Shown here: positions 9,735 to 18,700 of the stretch, in pieces
Position numbering within the stretch: position 1 is the first letter of the stretch
Layout of the letters: each line of letters opens with the position of its first letter
Assembly (NCBI GenBank): GCA_038321985.1
Contig: JBBQFN010000011.1
Span: 32,001 to 96,000 of the forward strand
Length of the DNA: 64,000 nucleotides
Direction of reading: 5' to 3'
Source: Cyanophyceae cyanobacterium
Lineage (GTDB): Bacteria; Cyanobacteriota; Cyanobacteriia; Cyanobacteriales; Laspinemataceae
Translations under genes and position numbers: made by a program
Notes under the pieces: model-generated
What the model was told of the DNA's origin: nothing
What the model saw: only the letters and a program-made list of their open reading frames with translations
Databases searched by the model: none

Positions 9735-11438
9735 GTGATCCGTTTCCCCCACCGCCCATCAAACTCTCAACAATCAATGACCATGAATGATGCTTTATTT
9801 CGTGTAGAAAATCTGCGGGTTGCTTATCCTTACGGACGCGGTGGGGGTGGCAGTGAGCCGGTATGGGCGGTGGATGGGGTGTCTTTTACCCTGTCACCGG
9901 GGGAACGGATGGGGCTGGTGGGAGAATCGGGATGCGGTAAATCTACGCTAGGACGCGCGGCGATGCGATTGTTGCCGCCTTCTAGTTTGGTTGAGGGGCA
10001 AGTTTATTTTAAGGGTCAACCCGTATTTGACTTGACGCCACCGGAGTTGCGCCGGTTTCGGGGGGAAGCAGTGGCCCTTATCTTTCAAGACCCGATGACG
10101 AGGCTGGACCCCTTGATGACGATTGGGGATCATTGTATAGAAACCCTGAATGCTCATCAATCCAATTTAAGCCGCAAACAGGCTAAGGAAAAAGCAGTGG
10201 CTACCTTGGAGGCGGTAAGGATTCCGGTGGCGCGATGGTCCCAATATCCCCATGAGTTTAGTGGAGGGATGCGGCAACGGGTGGCGATCGCCCTGGCATT
10301 ATTGCTGGATCCTAAGTTAATTGTTGCCGATGAACCGACAACCAGTTTAGATGTGACGGTTTCGGCAGAAATTTTACACGAACTCACCCGCTTGTGTCGG
10401 GACCGGGATTTGGCCCTGTTGCTGATTTCTCACGATTTGGCAATGGTAGGGGAATATTGCGATCGCATTGCGGTTATGTATAAAGGCGAAATGGTAGAAA
10501 TGGGCAAAACTCAAGAGGTTTTGTTTAATCCTCAACATCCCTATACACAGTCCCTCCTAAAAGCCGCCTTACACATTCAAGCGATCGATTCCGAGGCAGT
10601 CCCCACACCACCGGACCTCCAATCTACCCCTCTGCTCTGTCTGAAGGATTTACAGCAACACTATACCCTAGAAACTAACTTGCTCGATCGCTGGCTGTCG
10701 GGGAAACAAAACCAGACGATTAAAGCTGTTGATGGGGTAAATTTACAGATTTACAAAGGAGAAATTCTCGGTTTAGTGGGAGAATCCGGCTGTGGGAAAA
10801 GCACCCTCTCTCGCACGATTTTACAACTGGTGACACCCACAGGCGGCAAGGTGGAATTTTTAGGTCAGGAACTCACTCAACTGTCCCGCAGGTCCATGCA
10901 GCAGCAACGCAGACAGATCCAGATGGTGTTTCAAGACCCCCATGCTTGTCTCAATCCGATGATGACGGTGGGACAAAGCATTGCTGACCCCCTGTTTATT
11001 CATAATTTAGCCACTCCGGACCAGGCAAAGCAATCTGTGATCCGGATGTTGGAACGGGTGGGTTTAACTCCAGCACCGGACTTTTACGCGCGCTATCCTT
11101 CGGATTTGTCTGGGGGTCAACAGCAACGGGTGGCGATCGCCCGCGCTTTGATTACTCAACCTCAGTTACTGATTTGTGATGAGCCCGTGAGTATGTTAGA
11201 TGCCAGCGTTCAAACCCAGGTTTTGGAGTTGATGTTGGAGTTAAAGCGTGAGTTTGACCTCACCTATTTATTTATTACTCATGATTTGTGGGTTGCACGA
11301 TTTTTCTGCGATCGCATTGCTGTGATGAATTCCGGCCAAATTGTAGAAATCGGCAATACCCGCGACATTTTCACCCATCCTCAGCATCCCTACACCAAAA
11401 CCTTGCTCAGTGCGGCACCCTTGTTAGCCCGAACTTAA
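9735..11438 (+). CDS. Peptide/nickel-type ABC transporter ATPase with two NBDs; start probably near 9777
   Basis: Two GESGCGKS Walker A motifs, FSGGMRQR and LSGGQQQR signatures, HPYT motifs. Confidence 0.93.
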   Translation: MIRFPHRPSNSQQSMTMNDALFRVENLRVAYPYGRGGGGSEPVWAVDGVSFTLSPGERMGLVGESGCGKSTLGRAAMRLLPPSSLVEGQVYFKGQPVFDLTPPELRRFRGEAVALIFQDPMTRLDPLMTIGDHCIETLNAHQSNLSRKQAKEKAVATLEAVRIPVARWSQYPHEFSGGMRQRVAIALALLLDPKLIVADEPTTSLDVTVSAEILHELTRLCRDRDLALLLISHDLAMVGEYCDRIAVMYKGEMVEMGKTQEVLFNPQHPYTQSLLKAALHIQAIDSEAVPTPPDLQSTPLLCLKDLQQHYTLETNLLDRWLSGKQNQTIKAVDGVNLQIYKGEILGLVGESGCGKSTLSRTILQLVTPTGGKVEFLGQELTQLSRRSMQQQRRQIQMVFQDPHACLNPMMTVGQSIADPLFIHNLATPDQAKQSVIRMLERVGLTPAPDFYARYPSDLSGGQQQRVAIARALITQPQLLICDEPVSMLDASVQTQVLELMLELKREFDLTYLFITHDLWVARFFCDRIAVMNSGQIVEIGNTRDIFTHPQHPYTKTLLSAAPLLART

Positions 11439-11565
11439 GCACAGGGATTTATTGGGGATAAACTCGTCCTCTTCCCGCGATCGGGGGGAGGGCAATTTTT
11501 ATGGCAATTGAAATAAATAAACAAGTATAGGTACTTCCTGCACATCAGAGTTCTATAAAGTTTTA

Positions 11566-11581
11566 TGTAATTTTTGCTACA
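11566..11581. promoter_or_regulatory. Candidate NtcA box
   Basis: TGTA-ATTTTTGC-TACA; TAGAAT -10-like hexamer at 11605-11610. Confidence 0.5.
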
Positions 11582-11697
11582 ATTTGCGCTTGTTCGTCCA
11601 TAATTAGAATAGACAACCTAAAAATCTTGTTGAATTCGAGGATGGCAAACATCTAATCTGAATTAACAACTGATCGGATGGGAAGCCAGATAAAACC

Positions 11698-11811
11698 ATG
11701 ACTCCTGAAATTATCCACAGCTTATGGATTCTACTGGTCATCACCCTGTTCAGTGCCATTTACTGTCCTTTACTCTGTTGGATTTTACCGGACAGAAGCA
11801 GCATCGTCTAG
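11698..11811 (+). CDS. Unannotated 37-aa hydrophobic small protein
   Basis: My translation: MTPEIIHSLWILLVITLFSAIYCPLLCWILPDRSSIV*; one TM-like helix; terminator follows. Confidence 0.5.
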   Translation: MTPEIIHSLWILLVITLFSAIYCPLLCWILPDRSSIV

Positions 11812-11830
11812 AGAAAACCCCAGGCAAATA

Positions 11831-11863
11831 AAATCTCCCACGGCAAGAACCCGTGGGATTTTT
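11831..11863. terminator. Intrinsic terminator, possibly bidirectional
   Basis: TCCCACGG-caagaac-CCGTGGGA followed by TTTTT, with an A-run upstream. Confidence 0.7.
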
Positions 11864-11877
11864 AATCGGTAAGTAAC

Positions 11878-12669
11878 CTACCCCTTTTTTGTTGCCATAG
11901 CTCGGATTCGTTTATAGTCAGCAACCCAAATTCCATCTCGATACAATTGCGACGAAACCCGATTTTCGATATCGGCGAGGATGGCTTCTTGTGCTTCATT
12001 CGGAATGTCGGCAAATAAGCCATTTCCAAACATAGCAATCCAGTTTCTTAATCCCTTGTCCCCCTCTTCTAAGGGAGTAGGACGGTCAAACAACTGGGCA
12101 AAATTGACTTCAAATCCTCTATTTTCTAAAATCGTGGCATATTCACCGATACTGGGAAAATACCACGGATTAAGAGTAAAATCAACAGGATAACCCGCCG
12201 ATTCAAGACCTTGATAGCAGGCTGTAATAATTTGCTGAACATTTCCCTTGCCGCCAAATTCCGCAATAAATAATCCACCGGGTTTGAGTGCTTTAAAAAT
12301 TCCATCTACAACTTTTTCGGCTGCTTTCATCCAGTGGAGTGCTGCGTTGGAAAAGACTTTATCAAATTGTTCAAAAAATTCTAAAGATTCTCCATCTACA
12401 ACCTCAAACGTTAGGTGGGGGTAGGACTGACGAGCTTGAGCAATCATCGAGACTGAGCGATCAACACCGACTACTTGCGCACCGGCAGAGGCAATTTGTT
12501 GGGCGAGGTAACCCGTACCACAGCCTAAATCTAGGATGCAGTCGCCGATTTTGGGTTGCAATAGTTTTAATAAATCCGTACCATATTGACTGACAAATCC
12601 ATGTTGGCGATCGTACAGTTCAGCATTCCACTCGGTTCGGTCTAATTGAGAGTCTTTCAAGTGCATCAA
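11878..12669 (-). CDS. Class I SAM-dependent methyltransferase (Tam-like)
   Basis: ILDLGCGTG, FDKVFSNAALHW, LKPGG. Confidence 0.92.
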   Translation of the reverse strand: MMHLKDSQLDRTEWNAELYDRQHGFVSQYGTDLLKLLQPKIGDCILDLGCGTGYLAQQIASAGAQVVGVDRSVSMIAQARQSYPHLTFEVVDGESLEFFEQFDKVFSNAALHWMKAAEKVVDGIFKALKPGGLFIAEFGGKGNVQQIITACYQGLESAGYPVDFTLNPWYFPSIGEYATILENRGFEVNFAQLFDRPTPLEEGDKGLRNWIAMFGNGLFADIPNEAQEAILADIENRVSSQLYRDGIWVADYKRIRAMATKKG

Positions 12670-13059
12670 GTTTCACCTTCCTCTGAACTTAAGATAACGT
12701 TTTGTTTAAATATTATAGTTCCCTTGCCAAAATTGTAGAGGATGGCGGTAGGGGGGAGGGGTTTAAATTCTACAGACTTAGAGTGATGCGATCCAATCTG
12801 GTTTGAGAGTCGAGTCCTGTTGGGGTTTCAAAAGTCCAACCCAACAGGAACAGAATTTGCACGCAAGCAACCAAGGCGGAAGGAAAGGCAGATGAACGGA
12901 GGTTTGGCGGTGGGATTGGCGATCGCCTTGACGAAGCCAGCAGGGGAAACAACCCAGATTCTCATGCTGCCATCAAGGGATGCACTCAGAGTCGTAGAAG
13001 GTAAGCGATCGCGAGTTATTGTGGAAATCAAACGTTTTCCAGTTAAGTGACTGATAAAT

Positions 13060-13275
13060 TTACCACTGAGTAGATCGTTCACGGAAGCTTTCCAACGACG
13101 AGAGGCGATCGGGAAGATCCCGCAGCATTATCTCCATTTCCATTTCTTCTTTTTCCCAACCATTACGACGACAGCTGTCGCTATGAGAATCAGTTCGGTA
13201 AGCACGGGATGGGGTTGCCGACCCTTCCAGGGAGGTTGATTGATGGCGTTTGGCTTCAGACGTGGGGCCTAGCAT
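13060..13275 (-). CDS. Hypothetical 71-aa protein
   Basis: GAGGA RBS shortly before the ATG; no recognisable domain. Confidence 0.4.
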   Translation of the reverse strand: MLGPTSEAKRHQSTSLEGSATPSRAYRTDSHSDSCRRNGWEKEEMEMEIMLRDLPDRLSSLESFRERSTQW

Positions 13276-13823
13276 AGCTTTATCCTCAATTATGGTTTAG
13301 GGTATTGTGGTTAATCCTACTGGATTATGTCGTTCCTATTATTAGTTTTCCCGCTCTTCATATTAAATCAGCATTTTTTAAAAAATGATTAATTACCTCC
13401 AGGGATCAAACTAAAATTTATCTTGAGATAGTTGACAAAGGGGAATCTTTACCCTTACTAAACTTCAGAAATTTGATAATATAACCAAAAGAATGCCTGA
13501 TATTATTGCCGATCGCAAGGGTTATTTTAAGACGGGAGTCCATGCTCAAACCGATTGAGGATTCCTTGTAACTGTCACGGAAACTTCATCCGGATTTCAT
13601 ACGGACGCCATAGGGTCTGGATATATTAATCAATAGCTGGATGCAAGCAATGCCACTGCCTCAGAGGAGTCAAACCCTCTGATGCCCTCGGTGCATTTAG
13701 CCCGGTTTGGTTCTTATGTCAGTTTCAGGACACTTTACCTCATTCCTTGCATTAATCCAAAGATCGCTGGGTCAATGTAGGGAGGGGTTGAATCAAGTAC
13801 ACTCATGCCCTCATGTCACATTT

Positions 13824-13855
13824 AAAAACCCTCCAGGTCCACTGGGGGTTTTTTT
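13824..13855. terminator. Bidirectional intrinsic terminator
   Basis: AAAAACCCTCCAG-gtcca-CTGGGGGTTTTTTT downstream of moeB. Confidence 0.7.
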
Positions 13856-13940
13856 GTGGGTGCGATCGCCCTTTAAAAAATAGCAGAGGCGATCGCCCCG
13901 GGTCAAAAAGCTAGTATTCTAGCTGGAATGTTTGAATCCC

Positions 13941-15113
13941 TTAATACTGGGGCACGGACGGATCCACCTCTTGGCTCCAGGCGGCAATCCCCCCTTTGAG
14001 GTTTGTCCCTTCAATCCCCGCTTCTTTCAAAATTCCCAGGGCTTTAGCCGATCGCCCACCCATCTTGCAGTGTGCGATCAAGCGATGACCATTCACCAGT
14101 TCTTTCACCTGATCTATCCCCTTACCTTGTTCAATATCGGGTAAAGGGACCAGCACTGAACCGGGAATTTTAGCAATTTCATACTCGTTCGGGTTACGAA
14201 CATCGATCACCACAAAATCTTGGGCACCACTATCAATTAATTGCTTGAGTTCCGTGGCGGTCATTTCTGGAATTTCCATTTGTTGTTGAGCCTCCGCTGC
14301 TTTTGCTTGAGGAATTCCGCAAAACTGTTCGTAATCAATCAGTTTTTCAATCAAGGGCCGGACTGGATTGGGCCGCAATTTCAACTCTCGGAATTTCATA
14401 TCTAAAGCATTATAAAGCAACAGCCGACCGCTGAGAGTGGTTCCGGCACCCGTGATAATTTTCACGGTTTCTGTTGCTTGAATCACCCCAATGATTCCTG
14501 GCAAAATGCCTAATACGCCGCCTTCGGCACAGGAGGGGACCATTCCTGGCGGTGGCGGTTCCGGATACAAATCACGGTAGTTGGGACCGCCTTGATAATT
14601 AAACACCGTTGCCTGTCCTTCAAAGCGGTAGATGGAACCATAAACGTTAGGTTTATCCAGTAATACGCAGGCATCGTTAACTAAATATCGAGTCGGAAAG
14701 TTATCGGTACCATCTACGACAATATCGTAAGGTTTGAGGATATCGAGGGCATTTTCTGAACTTAAGCGGGTGTTGTAGAGGTCAACTTGGCAAAAGGGAT
14801 TAATTTCTAGGATGCGGTTTTTAGCGGATTCAATTTTGGGTTTGTTGACCCAGGAGGTGCCGTGAATGACTTGTCGTTGCAGGTTGGAGGTATCCACAAC
14901 ATCGAAATCGACGATGCCAATCCGTCCTACACCGGCGGCGGCTAAATAGAGCAGCAATGGTGCGCCGAGACCGCCTGTTCCGATACACAGAACGCTGGCG
15001 GCCTTCAGGCGCTTTTGTCCTTCTACACCAATTTCGGGTAAGATGAGATGACGGGAATAGCGTTCGTAATCGTCGGAATTTAACTGGATTTCGTCCAGGT
15101 TGGGATTTAACAT
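13941..15113 (-). CDS. moeB: MoeB/MoeZ-type E1-like adenylyltransferase with rhodanese domain
   Basis: RYSRHL, GTGGLG, SNLQRQ, DGTDNF, SCAEGGVLG; rhodanese CKMGGRS. Confidence 0.95.
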   Translation of the reverse strand: MLNPNLDEIQLNSDDYERYSRHLILPEIGVEGQKRLKAASVLCIGTGGLGAPLLLYLAAAGVGRIGIVDFDVVDTSNLQRQVIHGTSWVNKPKIESAKNRILEINPFCQVDLYNTRLSSENALDILKPYDIVVDGTDNFPTRYLVNDACVLLDKPNVYGSIYRFEGQATVFNYQGGPNYRDLYPEPPPPGMVPSCAEGGVLGILPGIIGVIQATETVKIITGAGTTLSGRLLLYNALDMKFRELKLRPNPVRPLIEKLIDYEQFCGIPQAKAAEAQQQMEIPEMTATELKQLIDSGAQDFVVIDVRNPNEYEIAKIPGSVLVPLPDIEQGKGIDQVKELVNGHRLIAHCKMGGRSAKALGILKEAGIEGTNLKGGIAAWSQEVDPSVPQY

Positions 15114-15228
15114 GGGAGTCTAGTTAGGGCAGGGCAAACTCTTATTTTATCGAAAGTTGTGGGTATTTTTTGGGTTGGAGCGATCGCCGCAAAGTTTCTT
15201 AATGACGATCCGGGAATGCTGGAGTCTG

Positions 15229-15699
15229 CTACTCCGGTGTAACGGGTGAGATGAGGAGCGCTTCGGGTTGGAAGTGATGGGTTTCGTCTAAGGTCCAGTT
15301 GCTCAGTTGAGTGGCTTGGCCTTGTTCTACACAGACAATGATGTAAGAGTATTGCGACCAGGCATATTCGCGATCGCACTCGGAAGGAATGGCGGGAGAG
15401 TCAGGATGGGAGTGATAAATTCCGATAATACTAAGCTGGCGATCGCGTGCTTGTTTCTGTGCTCGCAGTAGTTCTTTTGGATGTATAACATATCTGCGTT
15501 CTTTTGTCAAGGTTGGCAGTGCAGATAATTCCCCGACGGTTTCTGGACTCCAGGCATTTTCGGTTTCCCAGACTTCCATTACAGTTTTTCCCATCGGGGT
15601 AATCTCACCCAATAGCAAACCACAGCACTCATCCGGATAGGTGCGTTTAGCATGGGCGCGAATTGTGGCTTCATGAGTGGCAGTTAATGTGAGAACCAT
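15229..15699 (-). CDS. M67/JAB (MPN+) metallopeptidase
   Basis: YPDECCG and YHSHP-x5-PSECD JAMM motif. Confidence 0.92.
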   Translation of the reverse strand: MVLTLTATHEATIRAHAKRTYPDECCGLLLGEITPMGKTVMEVWETENAWSPETVGELSALPTLTKERRYVIHPKELLRAQKQARDRQLSIIGIYHSHPDSPAIPSECDREYAWSQYSYIIVCVEQGQATQLSNWTLDETHHFQPEALLISPVTPE

Positions 15700-15745
15700 C
15701 CCTTAATCCCCAAGTTGCGATCGACTCAGCCCCTCTATTCTACCC

Positions 15746-18700
15746 TTACCAAGGACTGCCAATCATTGTAAAGCCAGCCCAATAATAAGGGTGAGATAAA
15801 TCGGTATTCTCAGCACCCACTAAATCAGAGGGAAGTTGTACACCCCGCAAAGATCCGGTGCCACGCAGTTCTCCCTCAGCAATTTTCACTTCTCCACGGA
15901 GTAGGGACAATTGCGCGTCTTGCAACGCTTGAGCTTTGATGGGTACTTCTCCTAACTGCTGATAAAACTCGGTCATCAGTGCCAAAGTTCCCTCATCGCT
16001 GACATACCATAAAGACGCCAAGGCGGATTTAACTCCAGCGGCAAGTGCTAACCCGGCAAATCCTAATTCGGCAGTTTCATCGCCGACGGCAGTCTGACAG
16101 GCACTTAGTACCAATAACTCTACCTGGGGATTGTTCCATCCCAGGGTCCGCAATTCATCCAGATGCAATTGTTCGTTCCACAGTTGGATAAACGAATTCT
16201 TTTGTTCACCGGCATTAAATTGGGCGTGAGTTGCCAAATGGATGATTTGGTAGGGATATTCTTGGCGTTTGGCGATTAAATTTGTGCGAGTAAAGGATTC
16301 ATTGAGGAATGCCTGACCCTGCCATAGTTGTTCGGCGATGGTAGAGAGTTCTAAGGGTACGGCAGGTAAGGGACTCAGTTGGGTAAACTGACTCGCACCC
16401 ATTGCCAAAACGCGACTGTTGCGAAGGGAAATATAACGCATATCGGTTAAGCTGATACTGGGAATCAGCGCGATCGCGTATTTTTCGATCAGAAATTGTT
16501 CCCCATCATGTAAAGCAGCAATGGGAAGACCCCGCAATCCAGCATCCATACTAAAGAGTAAGGTATCAATGTTCTGGGCCGCTAATTCCTCCTGAATAGG
16601 GCTAATTAGCCATTGATACAGAGTTTGGGCGATTTCTAAATAGCGTTTGCTACTGCGCATCCGGGGATTTGCGATTTGCTGGCGTAATTCCAGCGCAGCT
16701 TGCATAACTGCTTCCCGATTTGCTTGCGGAATCGTCTTCCGAATGGGTTTCCCCTCGGTAGTGACTAGGACAAGTTCTAATTGATCGGGCAGCAACAAAG
16801 TATAGATAATTGCTGGTTTGGTGTCGGTTTGTTGGGTAATATTTTCCAATGTATCCCGAATGCTTTCCGTGGATTGGACAGGTTGTTGAGAGAGATCTGT
16901 CCCTAAGTAATTGGCAAATTGCTGGTCCTGAAGACGATCAATTTGTAATACAGCACTGTTAACATTTCCCGCCTCTAGGGACTGGGTAATGTTGGCGACA
17001 TTCATGGGGATAGGTGGACTCGGAACCTGTGCCTGTGGCAGACTGCCTCCGGGGGAAGGGGTATTCCCGCCCCGAAGTTGTGAGGGAGGAGTGTTGGGTG
17101 CGGGTTGCGGCGCGATCGCCCCCAGACTGCTGGAATTTGGGCCACCAGGGGCCAAAGCGATCGCCGGTTGTACCCCAGTTCCAGGCACGGGAGGGACTGG
17201 TTCTATGGTCAAAATTGGGGCTGGGGGAACGATACCCGCACCACTGGGACTGGCGATCGCCTGGTTTGGGTTGTTGAGGGGATTGAGGTTGGAATTAGGT
17301 TGTGATTGTCCCGGTTGCTGCTGTTGGGGGGGTGTTGGTACTTGATTCGGGAACAGTCCTTGAATGCCTCTTGGTGGTGGTGGTGGGGTTTGAGTTCCTC
17401 CTGGTGGTGGTGGTGGTGGTGGGGTTTGAGTTCCTCCTGGTGGTGGTGGTGGTGGAGGGGTTTGAGTTCCTCCTGGTGGTGGTGGTGGTGGAGGGGTTTG
17501 AGTTCCTCCCGGTGGTGGTGGTGGTGGAGATTGAGTTCCTCCTGGTGGTGGTGGTGGTGGAGATTGAGTTCCTCCTGGTGGTGGTGGTGGTGGAGGGGTT
17601 TGAGTTCCTCCCGGTGGTGGTGGAGGAGGGGTTTGAGTTCCTCCCGGGGGTGGTGGTGGAGATTGAGTTCCTCCCGGGGGTGGTGGTGGTGATTGAGTTC
17701 CTCCCGGTGGTGGTGGAGATTGAGTTCCTCCTGGTGGAGGAGGAGATTGAGTTCCTCCCGGGGGTGGTGGTGGAGATTGATTTCCTCCCGGGGGTGGTGG
17801 AGATTGAGTTCCTCCCGGTGGTGGTGGTGGTGGGGTTTGAGTTCCTCCCGGGGGTGGTGGTGGAGATTGATTTCCTCCTGGTGGTGGAGGAGATTGAGTT
17901 CCTCCTGGTGATGGAGGAGATTGAGTTCCTCCTGGTGGTGGAGTTTGTGTAGGTGCGGGTTGTGTAGGTGCGGGTTGTGTGGGTGACGGTTGTGAGGAAT
18001 TGGAGACGATCGCAATGTTGCCTTGAGTGCGATCGCTGGATAAGAGGATATTGTTTATCCCATCAGTTCGGGTAAAAATGCCACCTACAGTGCCATTGGT
18101 TCTGGCATCTCCGACAATAAAGGGCGTTTCGCTATCCCCGCCATGCCGAATAACGATCTCCTCGTTACCATTCACATCTGCCGTATAAAGACTGGTGGGA
18201 ATATCCAGGCGATCGCCCAAAGTTCCGGTTGCGCGAAAAAATTCCCCCGCATTGATTTCTATCCTGCCACCTTTACCGTTAGTACCGCCAGAGGCATCAA
18301 TAGAAATTACTTCAATATCCTCAGAAGAGGTGAGGAGGACATTTCCTCCCTTGGAGGCGATCGCACCGCTTTGGATCCCGCTACCTCCGGGGTTTGTTCC
18401 GGTATTTGAGGTTAAGGTAATATTGCCACCGCTGGAAGAGAGGATAGCACTACTATCAATAAAGAGTCCGCCGGTCCCTGATTGGTTCGCTGTGAGAGTT
18501 ATATCTCCTTGGTTGGTCTGAATATTACCATAGACAGCAATCCAATTTCCCGCTTCCGCATTGAATCCGACGCCTGGGGTTTGAATGGCGATCGGGGTAC
18601 TAATGGTAATGTCATTGGTGGCTTGTAGGGTAACATTTGTCGTGGCATTATTAATCACTTCTACAGCGATCTGCGTGGGTTCTCCCAAATCTGGATCGGC

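Noticed and set aside
13941..15699. E1 + JAB as a CBASS- or Bil-type antiphage system
   Set aside because: No E2, CD-NTase, Ubl or effector is present; the E1 is a standard MoeZ-type enzyme with rhodanese.
17209..18015. His-rich, Trp-rich and Val-rich ORFs, and a superficially CRISPR-like array
   Set aside because: These are shadow frames of the polyproline repeat inside the 1458-aa CDS. There are no unique spacers and no cas genes.
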